From: Candidatus Methylopumilus sp.
Lineage (GTDB): Bacteria; Pseudomonadota; Gammaproteobacteria; Burkholderiales; Methylophilaceae
DNA length: 64,000 nt
Assembly: GCA_036745495.1 (NCBI GenBank)
Contig: DAIOGA010000003.1
Location: 15,318-79,317 of the forward strand
Direction: 5' to 3'
A program made the translations under genes and the position numbers. This document shows positions 44,341 to 53,243 of this stretch, in pieces. The notes below the pieces were generated by a model. That model did not search any database, had not been told where the DNA came from, and was given only the letters and a program-made list of their open reading frames with translations. Positions within the stretch are counted from its first letter, which is position 1, and the number at the start of each line of letters is the position of its first letter.

Positions 44341-45771
44341 TTAGTTTGCCTTGTATGCTTTAAGTGCTTTTCTTGCATATTTTTGATCGCTAAATGAGTA
44401 TCTAACACCTTTAATTTCTTGGTAAGTTTCATGGCCTTTTCCAGCTATGAGAATCACGTCATTTTTTTTAGCATGCTTAATTGCCTTATCTATTGCTTTC
44501 TCTCTATCAAGCTCAATACGATAAGAGCCTTTCATATATTTACTAATTTCATTAATGATATTTTCAGGGTTTTCATTTCTTGGATTATCTGACGTAATAA
44601 AATTGATATCGGCTATTTTAGAAGCTACTTGAGCCATATCTTTTCTTTTTCCTGTATCCCGGTCCCCTCCACATCCAAATATACATATAAGATTGCCATC
44701 AGTTTGTTTTTTGAGAGTTTCAAGCACTTTTTTTAAAGCATCTGGTGTGTGTGCATAATCAACAAAAATCTTTGGTGTATTTTTAGAGCCTAATCTTTCC
44801 ATTCTTCCTGGAACTTGAGAGATAAGACTTATTTGTTTTACAATTTTTTGTATTGAATAACCAGATGCTATTAATGAAGCGATTACTGCCAATAAGTTGT
44901 AAACATTAAATTCACCAACTACAGGGGCTTCAACTTGATATATTTGTTTTTTGTAGGCAATTCGAAAAGATGTGCTCGAATTTGAATATGCAATATCTGT
45001 CGCTCTAATATCACCACTTTTTATTCCATAACTTAAAACTTTAGTTTTGTTCTTAGTGAGCAAAGTTTTAAGTTTTTTCCCATATAAATCATCAATATTA
45101 ATAACTGCAACTTTTATCGATGAAAAATAAAATAACTTTTTTTTCTCATTAAAATAATTTTTAAGATTGAGATGGTAATCTAAATGGTCTCTTGTTAAAT
45201 TTGTGAATACGGCTAGATCAAAAAGAATACCGTTCACTCTGCCTTGAGATAAAGCATGTGATGAAACCTCCATTACGACTGATTTTATTTTTTTATCTTT
45301 AAATTGCTTTAAGATGCGATGGCTTGAAATTGCATCTGGGGTTGTATATGCATGCGATTTTAATTTTTTGTATCCAAATCCAAGCGTTCCTATTACGCCT
45401 GTTTTTTTGCCCATTAGATTTTGTATTTCTGCCATCCAGTAGGCGCATGATGTTTTTCCATTTGTACCAGTAATACCTATTGTAAGTAATTGCTTGGAAG
45501 GTTCTTTAAAAAATATATTTGCAATTTCACCTTCTTTATTTTTTAAATCCTCTACAGGAAAATTTTTTGTGTTCCATGATTTTTTCCATACAAAATTTTT
45601 CTTTTCGTAGAGTATTGCTTTGGCACCTTTTTTAATGGCCGCCTCAATATAATCCCTACCGTCATGATGCATGCCGGGATAAGCTAAAAACAAAGAATTC
45701 TTTTTTGTATGTCTACTGTCGTTTGATATATCAGAGAAGTGATTGCCAATTTTTTTTAATACACTCTTCAT
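44341..45771 (-). CDS. murE: UDP-MurNAc-dipeptide meso-DAP ligase
   Basis: GTNGKTS, EVSSHAL, DYAHTPD, DNPR (DAP specificity) and AGKGHE. Confidence 0.96.
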   Translation of the reverse strand: MKSVLKKIGNHFSDISNDSRHTKKNSLFLAYPGMHHDGRDYIEAAIKKGAKAILYEKKNFVWKKSWNTKNFPVEDLKNKEGEIANIFFKEPSKQLLTIGITGTNGKTSCAYWMAEIQNLMGKKTGVIGTLGFGYKKLKSHAYTTPDAISSHRILKQFKDKKIKSVVMEVSSHALSQGRVNGILFDLAVFTNLTRDHLDYHLNLKNYFNEKKKLFYFSSIKVAVINIDDLYGKKLKTLLTKNKTKVLSYGIKSGDIRATDIAYSNSSTSFRIAYKKQIYQVEAPVVGEFNVYNLLAVIASLIASGYSIQKIVKQISLISQVPGRMERLGSKNTPKIFVDYAHTPDALKKVLETLKKQTDGNLICIFGCGGDRDTGKRKDMAQVASKIADINFITSDNPRNENPENIINEISKYMKGSYRIELDREKAIDKAIKHAKKNDVILIAGKGHETYQEIKGVRYSFSDQKYARKALKAYKAN

Positions 45772-47513
45772 ATCGTTTCTTTTGAATTAGCCTTATCTTG
45801 AGGCATAACTTTATTTTGAGTTTTTAAATCCTGAGGAATTTTTAATATCTTCATAACATCAGCCATCACGCTACTAAACACTGGGGCCGCTACGGATCCG
45901 CCGTAATGACTTCCAAGACTTGGTTCATCTATCATCACTGCCATAATAATTCTTGGATTTGAAGCCGGTGCCAAGCCTATAAATGAGCCTATATTTTTAT
46001 TCTTTTCATAAGCCCCATTTACTCCAATTTTTTCAGCTGTACCTGTTTTACCTGCAACTCTATATCCCATTATTTTTGCATTACTTCCAGTACCTTCCTC
46101 AACAACCTGCTCCATCATCTCCACCATTGTTTTAACTGTTTGCTTTGAGAATACTTTTGTTCCCATGGGAATTTCTTCTTTCTTGAACATTGTGACTGGC
46201 TTCATTTCTCCATCATTTGCAAAAACTGTATATGACTGCGCCAATTGAAGAAGTGTTAAATTAATACCATGCCCAAAAGATATAGTTGCTTGATCAACTT
46301 TCCCCCAATTTTTATAATCACGAAGTCTTCCGGATACTTCGCCGGGAAATCCAACACCTGTTTGCATTCCAAAGCCTACTTTGTTTAAGGTTGACCATAA
46401 ATTTTTTGGCGTTTGCATTAATCCGATTCTTGCTGCTCCGACATTGGAAGATTTTGCAATTACTTCTGAAACTGTCATAAAAGGCTTACTATCGTCAGCA
46501 TGGGCATCATGAATCGTAGCTGATCCAATTTTCATGAACCCTGATGAAACTTCTACCAATGAACTTGGATTAAGAATTCCCGAGTCTATTGCTGAAGATA
46601 CTGTAAATGGCTTAATTGTTGATCCAGGTTCAAATACATCCGTCACTGCTCGATTTCTTGTAGGACCTACACCTTCATTAAGATTATTTGGATTGTATGA
46701 AGGTAGATTGGCCATAGCTAATATTTCTCCTGTTTTGGCATCTAATACGATGGCTGAACCGGCTTTAGCTTTATGAGTCTCAATTGATTTAGCTAACTCT
46801 CTATATGTTAAATATTGAATTCTTGAGTCGATTGAGAGTTTTATATCATGGCCATCTTGAGGCAATTTAACTTCTTGGAGATCATCAACAATTTTTCCGG
46901 CATTATCTTTAATTACTTTTTTACTGCCGAGCTTCCCTGAAAGGAATTTATTTTGAGCAAGCTCAATACCTTCTTGCCCAATATTATCTAAATTAGTAAA
47001 TCCTACCAAATTCGCTGTGACATCAGCAGCTGGATAAAATCTCTTAAACTCTTTTTGAAAAAATATTCCTGGTATTTTAAGCGCTTGCAATCTTCTTGCA
47101 TCATCAGGAGAAATTTGTCTCTTGAGATATATAAATTCTTTTTTATTGTTGAGAAGTTTTTGATCGACCTCATCACCAGTCAACTTAAGAATATTTTCTA
47201 ATTCTAATTTTTGTTCTTTATTTATTTTAACGTTAGGTGGATTTGCCCACACGGACTCTACTGGGCTGCTGATTGCTAAAATATCTCCATTCCTATCAGT
47301 GATTTTTCCTCTATCTGCATATAGAGAAATCACTCGTGTACTTGTAGCATTTCCTTTTGATTGCAAAAAGTTTTTATCTAAACTTTGCAAATATAGCGCT
47401 CTAAATATAAGTGTTAAAAATCCGGCTAGAAAAAAAAGTAAAATTAATCTTCTACGAATTCCAGAAAGCTCGAAGAATGTTTTTTCAACCTTATTGTTTA
47501 TAAATAGGCTCAA
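45768..47513 (-). CDS. ftsI: Penicillin-binding protein 3
   Basis: EPGSTIKP (SxxK), SSN and KTG. Confidence 0.96.
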   Translation of the reverse strand: MSLFINNKVEKTFFELSGIRRRLILLFFLAGFLTLIFRALYLQSLDKNFLQSKGNATSTRVISLYADRGKITDRNGDILAISSPVESVWANPPNVKINKEQKLELENILKLTGDEVDQKLLNNKKEFIYLKRQISPDDARRLQALKIPGIFFQKEFKRFYPAADVTANLVGFTNLDNIGQEGIELAQNKFLSGKLGSKKVIKDNAGKIVDDLQEVKLPQDGHDIKLSIDSRIQYLTYRELAKSIETHKAKAGSAIVLDAKTGEILAMANLPSYNPNNLNEGVGPTRNRAVTDVFEPGSTIKPFTVSSAIDSGILNPSSLVEVSSGFMKIGSATIHDAHADDSKPFMTVSEVIAKSSNVGAARIGLMQTPKNLWSTLNKVGFGMQTGVGFPGEVSGRLRDYKNWGKVDQATISFGHGINLTLLQLAQSYTVFANDGEMKPVTMFKKEEIPMGTKVFSKQTVKTMVEMMEQVVEEGTGSNAKIMGYRVAGKTGTAEKIGVNGAYEKNKNIGSFIGLAPASNPRIIMAVMIDEPSLGSHYGGSVAAPVFSSVMADVMKILKIPQDLKTQNKVMPQDKANSKETI

Positions 47514-47773
47514 GATTGCTCCAACAAAATAATTTTTTTAGGCTCAGGGATTTTCATCTTTAATGATTTTTTTGCGATATCTTCAATTCTTCCATGCATT
47601 GCCCATGTGCTCTGTTCTAGTTGAAGCTGGTTATACTCTGTATTTAACTTTTGTCCAATTTCTTTTTGTTGCCCAAGTTCAAAATACAATCTTCTTGATT
47701 GATATTGAGAATTTACTTTTGCAAGAGCCATAAGCACTATCACAAAAAATAAAATAAAATTTATTTTTGTCAT
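47510..47773 (-). CDS. ftsL: Cell division protein FtsL
   Basis: Short TM helix and coiled coil, LQLEQSTWA; lies between rsmH and ftsI. Confidence 0.92.
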   Translation of the reverse strand: MTKINFILFFVIVLMALAKVNSQYQSRRLYFELGQQKEIGQKLNTEYNQLQLEQSTWAMHGRIEDIAKKSLKMKIPEPKKIILLEQS

Positions 47774-48724
47774 CTAATATGCGGTCCTCTCGGCAACTCG
47801 CATAATTCCGCTCCTCGATCTTGGGTTGTTTTTCACTTCATCATCACTTGGTCGTATAGGTTTTGTCACGATATTTAATCGAGGCTTTGGCAATTCTTCA
47901 CTTCTAATTGGAAAATTAGAAGGTAGGGTATCTCTATTTTTTTCATCATTAATAAACTGTTTCACAATTCTATCTTCGAGTGAATGAAAACTAATCACCA
48001 CCATAATGCCGCCTGTTTTTAATCGCTCTAAAATCTTAGGCAATACTTCTTTCAATTCCTCGAGTTCTCGATTGACATAGATTCTTAATGCTTGAAATGT
48101 TCTTGTTGCAGGATCTTGTCCAATTTCTTTTTTTGGCATATGGTCTGCGACAATTTTTGCAAGCTGTTTTGTTGTTTCAATCGAACCTATTTCATCTCTC
48201 TCTTTAATAATTGCAGTCGAAATTCTTTTAGCGAATTTTTCTTCGCCATATTCTTTTAAAATCTTTTCTAATTCTTTCTGTTCGATACGCTTTAAGACTT
48301 CTGCTGCGGTAATGCCTTTTGTCTGATCCATACGCATATCAAGATGCGCATCAAATCTAAAGCTAAATCCTCGATCGCCCTCATCAATCTGTGGTGATGA
48401 GATACCCAAATCAAGAAGCACGCCATCTACTTTAGAAATACCTTTTGATTGCAATACTTCATCGATCTCAGAAAAATGTGCATGCACGATTTCGAATCTC
48501 GCATCTTTAATTTTTAAACCTTCCTCATACGCAGCTTTATCTCGATCGATCGCAATTAATCTGCCTTCCTGATTTAACTTGTCTAAAATTAATTTACTAT
48601 GGCCGCCTCGCCCAAAGGTGCAATCCACATAGATACCATCTTTCTTTAAAACTAGATGCTCAACTGCTTCATGTAAAAGGACAGTAATGTGCTCATGATT
48701 TGAATTACGTTGAGCTTGATTCAT
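47774..48724 (-). CDS. rsmH: 16S rRNA m4C1402 methyltransferase
   Basis: DCTFGRGGHS, DLGISSPQ, FQALRI, SFHSLEDR and NPRSRS. Confidence 0.97.
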   Translation of the reverse strand: MNQAQRNSNHEHITVLLHEAVEHLVLKKDGIYVDCTFGRGGHSKLILDKLNQEGRLIAIDRDKAAYEEGLKIKDARFEIVHAHFSEIDEVLQSKGISKVDGVLLDLGISSPQIDEGDRGFSFRFDAHLDMRMDQTKGITAAEVLKRIEQKELEKILKEYGEEKFAKRISTAIIKERDEIGSIETTKQLAKIVADHMPKKEIGQDPATRTFQALRIYVNRELEELKEVLPKILERLKTGGIMVVISFHSLEDRIVKQFINDEKNRDTLPSNFPIRSEELPKPRLNIVTKPIRPSDDEVKNNPRSRSGIMRVAERTAY

Positions 48725-48748
48725 GAGTTATTAAATTAATTAGCATTA

Positions 48749-49195
48749 TTAAAGGGAGAATCCTTCGAGTTCAATCGGCATAGTTGAAGCGTCTTGGTCT
48801 GTAGCATTTTGCATTTGTTGATCCCAAGCTTCTTTATCCCAAAGCTCAAAATGACTACCTTGACCCACTAACATGGCTTGCTTATCTATGCTTGCAAATT
48901 CTCTCAGCACCTGGGATAGGAGTAATCGCCCTGCTGTATCGAGAGCTATGTCTTCTGCATAACCCACGAGTAATCTTTGCAAAGCACTCGATTTTTTATC
49001 AAAGCTAGAAAGTGCCATGATTTTTGACTGGATAGGCTCCCAGGCCATTTGAGGGTAAATCAATAAACATCCGTGAGGGTGTGCTGTAATGACTAAGTCG
49101 CCTGAAGATTGGACGAGCAAAACCTCTCGATGCTTAGTGGGCATTGCCATTCTGCCTTTAGCATCAATATTCAAGAGATTAGCGCCTCTAAACAT
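48749..49195 (-). CDS. mraZ: Transcriptional repressor MraZ
   Basis: MFRG start (ATG 49195) and two DxxGR motifs. Confidence 0.96.
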   Translation of the reverse strand: MFRGANLLNIDAKGRMAMPTKHREVLLVQSSGDLVITAHPHGCLLIYPQMAWEPIQSKIMALSSFDKKSSALQRLLVGYAEDIALDTAGRLLLSQVLREFASIDKQAMLVGQGSHFELWDKEAWDQQMQNATDQDASTMPIELEGFSL

Positions 49196-49268
49196 AATTC
49201 CCGACCCATTAGTCAATTCAAAAAAAGTGGGAAATTACTAAATACCCTTAGTTTTACTTAGAAATTTC

Positions 49269-49292
49269 CCACAAAAAACCACTTTTTTCCAC
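49269..49292 (-). promoter_or_regulatory. MraZ-binding direct repeats
   Basis: Minus strand GTGG-AAAAAA-GTGG-TTTTTT-GTGG(G): three GTGG at 10-bp period, the known MraZ box architecture. Confidence 0.85.
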
Positions 49293-49299
49293 TAATGAC

Positions 49300-49328
49300 A
49301 CTATAGATAATAAAAAAGAGCTGTGCAA
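49300..49328 (-). promoter_or_regulatory. Sigma70 promoter of the mraZ/dcw operon
   Basis: TTGCAC (49328-49323), 17 bp, TATAGT (49305-49300), immediately upstream of the MraZ boxes. Confidence 0.7.
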
Positions 49329-49338
49329 GCTCTTTTTT
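49312..49338 (-). terminator. Intrinsic terminator downstream of rnpB
   Basis: Minus strand AAAAAAGAGCT-TGCAC-AGCTCTTTTTT. Confidence 0.75.
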
Positions 49339-49403
49339 GAGGGTTTTTTCATATGTGACAAGGGTTTGGACGGGTAAAACCGAGGAATTTTTAAGAAAAA
49401 GTT

Positions 49404-49690
49404 GAAGCCAACCGATAAGCCGGGTTCTGTCGTGGACAGTCATTCATCTAGGCACATGATTACTCATGCACTCAAGCAGTCTACCCGGTAGCAACACGAG
49501 CCGTGCTATTACTACCCTATTTGACTTTGCTCCGAGTGGAGGTTACCGCGTTTCACCGTAACTAAATACGCTCGTCTCTGTGGCCCTATTCCTCGTTTCG
49601 CAACGTACGGCCGTTAGCCGTCACTCCGCTCTATGGAGCCCGGACTTTCCTCTCCTTGAGTTAACAAGCAGCGACTGTCTAGTCAGCTTC
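49404..49690 (-). ncRNA. rnpB: RNase P RNA (type A, compact)
   Basis: Minus strand GAAGCTGACTAGACAGTCGCTG...GAGGAAAGTCCGGGCTCC...GGAGCAA...ACAGAACCCGGCTTATCGGTTGGCTTC, with the universal P4 elements and P1 end pairing. Confidence 0.97.
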
Positions 49691-49696
49691 ACGCAA

Positions 49697-49705
49697 ATTT
49701 TAACA
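49697..49705 (-). promoter_or_regulatory. Extended -10 element for rnpB
   Basis: TG-T-TAAAAT ends 6 nt before the predicted 5' end of rnpB. Confidence 0.55.
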
Positions 49706-49790
49706 CATCCCATGAGTGAACTTTTTTTGCTGTCAAAAGTTTACAAATTGCTTTGAAAGGCTTGTTAATATTAAGCCCTGAATCCTAGGT

Positions 49791-49835
49791 GTAGTCTATA
49801 GATGGAAGACTTCGTCTATAGTTGTCACATAGAAT
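49791..49835 (+). promoter_or_regulatory. Two-box operator and leaderless -10 of the XRE gene
   Basis: GTCTATAG at 49794-49801 and 49814-49821; TAGAAT at 49830-49835, 6 nt before ATG 49842. Confidence 0.6.
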
Positions 49836-49841
49836 TTGGTC

Positions 49842-50063
49842 ATGACAAAAACTCGTGCTTTTGGAATTGCTTTAAAGAAAATTCGACTGAAGAAAAAACT
49901 TACTCAAGAAGAGCTTTCGCTTCAGGCCGATCTCGCTAGAGCTTATGTCAGTGAGCTTGAGTTTGGTAAAAAAACTGCTTCAATTGAAACAGTTTTTAAA
50001 TTATCTAAAGCATTAAATATTAAATGTTCTAAGTTAATGGATCTTACTGAAGAAGAGTTTTAA
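49842..50063 (+). CDS. XRE-family HTH regulator, R-M controller (C) protein-like
   Basis: FGIALKKIRLKKKLTQEELSLQADLARAYVSELEFGKKTASIETVFKLSKALN, a stand-alone HTH_3 domain. Confidence 0.85.
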   Translation: MTKTRAFGIALKKIRLKKKLTQEELSLQADLARAYVSELEFGKKTASIETVFKLSKALNIKCSKLMDLTEEEF

Positions 50064-51103
50064 TTAGACTGTGCTAATCTCCAAGAAATTTTTCTTCCAG
50101 CATATAGCGGAATAATTACTTCGTCACCCAAAGTAATTTTTTCAGGGACAACCCAATCTTCTTTGATTAAATTGATTGATGATTTATTTCTTTCCAATCC
50201 GTAGAAATCAGCGCCATAAAAACTTGCAAAACCCTCTAGTTTATCTAGTACATTTAACTCATCAAAGACTGCAGCATAAAGCTCAATAGCACTTGCTGCA
50301 GAAAAAATACCTGCGCAACCACAAGCATTTTCTTTTCTCGATTTTAAGTGAGGTGCGCTATCGGTACCTAAAAAAAATTTTGTATTGCCAGATGACACTG
50401 CATTTAAAAGTGCTTGTCGATGAGCCTCTCTTTTTAAGACAGGTAAGCAGTAATGATGTGGATTGATGCCTCCTAAAAACATATGATTTCTGTTTAATAG
50501 AAGATGTTGCGGTGTAATCGTAGCTGCTACTTTTTGAGAGCTACTTAAAATAAAGTCAGCGGCATCTTTTGTGGTGATATGTTCCAACACAATTCTTAAA
50601 TTAGGAAATGTTTTGTGTAATTTCAATAAATGTTGATCAATGAATACTTTTTCTCGATCAAAAATATCAATCGCTGGATCTACCACTTCACCATGAAGTA
50701 AAAGCGGTACATCCAATTTCTCCATAAGCTCAAAAACATCATAACGATCATCAATATTTTTAACGCCCGAATCTGAATTGGTTGTAGCACCTGCCGGATA
50801 ATATTTGATACCGACAATTTGTTTATGTTCAGGAATTTTTTTAATTTCATCGAGTAAAGTTTTCTCTGTGAGATATAAAGTCATCAGGGGTTGAAAATGA
50901 CTATCACTTTTTAAAGCTTTTTTAATTCTAGATTCATATTCAATCGCTTGGTCTACTGTTGTAATCGGCACTTTTAAATTAGGCATCACAAGCGCTCTTT
51001 TAAATTGCTTTGCAGTATAGGGCGCTACTGACGCCATCAATGCATCATCTCTCAAGTGCACATGGAAATCATCAGGGCTTTTAATCGTTAAAGTTTTAGT
51101 CAT
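50060..51103 (-). CDS. pyrC: Dihydroorotase (type II)
   Basis: PDDFHVHLRD, KYYPAGATTNS, EHITT and FLGTDSAPH. Confidence 0.97.
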   Translation of the reverse strand: MTKTLTIKSPDDFHVHLRDDALMASVAPYTAKQFKRALVMPNLKVPITTVDQAIEYESRIKKALKSDSHFQPLMTLYLTEKTLLDEIKKIPEHKQIVGIKYYPAGATTNSDSGVKNIDDRYDVFELMEKLDVPLLLHGEVVDPAIDIFDREKVFIDQHLLKLHKTFPNLRIVLEHITTKDAADFILSSSQKVAATITPQHLLLNRNHMFLGGINPHHYCLPVLKREAHRQALLNAVSSGNTKFFLGTDSAPHLKSRKENACGCAGIFSAASAIELYAAVFDELNVLDKLEGFASFYGADFYGLERNKSSINLIKEDWVVPEKITLGDEVIIPLYAGRKISWRLAQSN

Positions 51104-51941
51104 CTTTTTTTATTTTCAAAGCTTCGTCATATAAATAATTTTTGTTGATGTTTAGTATTTCCACACCTAATTTCACTGCGGCATTGGTGGGCATATGATT
51201 GAGTAATATTTTTAATATTCTATGCTGATCTTCGGTCAGTAATTCTTTTTTTTCATGGTGAATAGGAGAAACTAGAATCACAAACTCACCTTTTTGAAAA
51301 TTGCTATCACTTTCAATCGTTTCTCTAACTTTTGAAATTTCACCTCGATAAATGCTTTCAAATGTTTTAGTAAGTTCACGCGCCACGACAATCTCATGTT
51401 GATTACCAAAAAACTCAGCCATGTCATTTAAAGTTTTAATGATGCGATGGGGTGCCTCATAAAAAATCATAGGGCATGATTGCGACTGAAGATTTTCAAA
51501 TACTTTCATTCTTTGACTGCTAGTTGTCGGTAAAAACCCATAAAAATGAAAGCTTGTATATTCCATCCCTGAAACAGAATAAGCCGTTGTCACCGCAGAA
51601 ACTCCTGGGATCGGAATAATTTCAAAGCCCGCTGCCGCAACCTCTTTCACAATGAGACCTCCGGGATCACTTATATTAGGGGTCCCCGCATCTGACACTA
51701 ATGCAATATGTTTTCCGTCTTTTAAATATTCAATGATTTTTTGTGCGGAAGCTTTTTCATTGTGTTGATGCACCGCAAATTGTTTTTTGTCGATAGAGAA
51801 ATGGGACAAAAGACCTTGGGTATGTCTTGTATCTTCGGAGGCAATGAGATCTACTGATTTAAAAGTTTCAAGCGCTCTATAGGTGATGTCATTTAAATTG
51901 CCTATAGGGGTCGCTACTACATACAATTTTCCACTCATCAT
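51096..51941 (-). CDS. rsmI: 16S rRNA Cm1402 methyltransferase
   Basis: LYVVATPIGNL, EDTR, SDAGTP, YEAPHR and RELTK. Confidence 0.96.
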   Translation of the reverse strand: MMSGKLYVVATPIGNLNDITYRALETFKSVDLIASEDTRHTQGLLSHFSIDKKQFAVHQHNEKASAQKIIEYLKDGKHIALVSDAGTPNISDPGGLIVKEVAAAGFEIIPIPGVSAVTTAYSVSGMEYTSFHFYGFLPTTSSQRMKVFENLQSQSCPMIFYEAPHRIIKTLNDMAEFFGNQHEIVVARELTKTFESIYRGEISKVRETIESDSNFQKGEFVILVSPIHHEKKELLTEDQHRILKILLNHMPTNAAVKLGVEILNINKNYLYDEALKIKKDD

Positions 51942-52070
51942 TAAACGGCCCAATTATTTTTAAAGCGCTCAAAAAAGCCCTCTTAAGTCGCTCACTCAAG
52001 ACCTCTTTAAAAGAGATATAATCATTTTGTCACATATCAATGCTATGTTAATAAAAGTTTAGAGGAAAAC

Positions 52071-52640
52071 ATGCTTAAACATATCAAATTACTTTTTATT
52101 TCATTCATCTTATTGCAGCTCTTTGGTTGCCCAGCTGCCATTATTGGCGGAGGTGCTGTAGGTATTGATACGGCTGCAGATCGCAGAACGCCAGGTGTCA
52201 TTCTTGAAGACTCTAATATTGAATTAAAAGCATTTGCAGGCATTCAAAAACTTCAAGGTGACATCCATACCAATGTCACAAGTTATAACGGTCATGTGCT
52301 AGTGTTGGGACAGGTTCCTAGCGAAGAAATTAAATCAAAAATTAGTGATCAGATTAAAGCTTTAGCTAATGTTAAATCTGTACTGAATGATCTATCGATT
52401 GGGCCTGTAAATTCTTTATCGGCAAGAGGTGAAGATACCCTTATTACTTCCAATGTGAAGGCCCGCTTTTTTAAAGAAAATAAAGTCTCACCCTTCTATG
52501 TCAAAGTCGTGACTGAAAATAAGGTGGTCTACCTCATGGGTATCTTGAACGAAAAAGAAGCTAAGGAAGCCGAAGAAATCGCAAAAAATACAAATAAAGT
52601 CACTAAAGTTGTTAAGGTCTTTGAATATCTCAAAAACTAA
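52071..52640 (+). CDS. dolP: Dual-BON-domain lipoprotein (YraP/DolP)
   Basis: Lipobox LFGC, DRRT, two BON repeats; SD GAGG; divergent from rsmI. Confidence 0.85.
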   Translation: MLKHIKLLFISFILLQLFGCPAAIIGGGAVGIDTAADRRTPGVILEDSNIELKAFAGIQKLQGDIHTNVTSYNGHVLVLGQVPSEEIKSKISDQIKALANVKSVLNDLSIGPVNSLSARGEDTLITSNVKARFFKENKVSPFYVKVVTENKVVYLMGILNEKEAKEAEEIAKNTNKVTKVVKVFEYLKN

Positions 52641-52725
52641 TTAAAGTATCTTCGTACTTAACTTATTGAAAATAAAGAACTATTAAATAGCCTAAGACCT
52701 TACTAAACAGAGGTCTTGGGTGTTA

Positions 52726-52753
52726 TTGATTTAATTGAAGATGTTGCTATAAT
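52726..52753 (+). promoter_or_regulatory. Probable sigma70 promoter for trxA-rho
   Basis: TTGATT, 16 bp, TATAAT with an extended TG. Confidence 0.55.
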
Positions 52754-52860
52754 GATTTTCATAGTTTTTTCAAAACATTCAAGTTAGTTCTAAATCCCAA
52801 AAATAAATTGCCCGTAACACTAGCTAGCTTAATTACAGATTTAATCCATTAGAGGTCATC

Positions 52861-53187
52861 ATGAGTAAAAATATTATCCATTTATCAGACGCAACATTCG
52901 AAACTGAAGTGCTTCAATCTACCGTGCCTGTTCTTGTCGACTATTGGGCAGAATGGTGTGGCCCTTGCAAAATGATTGCACCGATTCTTGATGAAATATG
53001 TAAAGACTACGACGGCAAATTAAAAATTGCTAAATTGAATATTGATGAAAATGCACAAACGCCAGCTAAATTTGGTATCAGAGGCATTCCTACTTTAATG
53101 ATTTTTAAAAATGGTAATGTAGAAGCGACTAAAGTCGGTGCCTTATCAAAATCCCAATTAACCACATTTATCGATAGCAACATCTAA
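52861..53187 (+). CDS. trxA: Thioredoxin
   Basis: WCGPC motif; lies upstream of rho. Confidence 0.98.
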   Translation: MSKNIIHLSDATFETEVLQSTVPVLVDYWAEWCGPCKMIAPILDEICKDYDGKLKIAKLNIDENAQTPAKFGIRGIPTLMIFKNGNVEATKVGALSKSQLTTFIDSNI

Positions 53188-53243
53188 AGTTAATACCCCT
53201 CCTTAAAACCCCTCAACGTAACACTAATCGGAAACCCCCAAAC

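Noticed and set aside
42994..45771. Extreme Lys/AT richness of murE and murF as foreign DNA
   Set aside because: The genes are in canonical dcw order with intact motifs; the bias fits AT drift in less constrained genes.
49258..49443. 61-aa ORF between rnpB and mraZ
   Set aside because: Overlaps the rnpB 3' end, its terminator and the MraZ boxes.
52691..52720. Hairpin CCTAAGACCT...AGGTCTTGGG after dolP as an ncRNA
   Set aside because: A single stem with a weak U-tail, most simply a weak terminator or 3' stabiliser for dolP.
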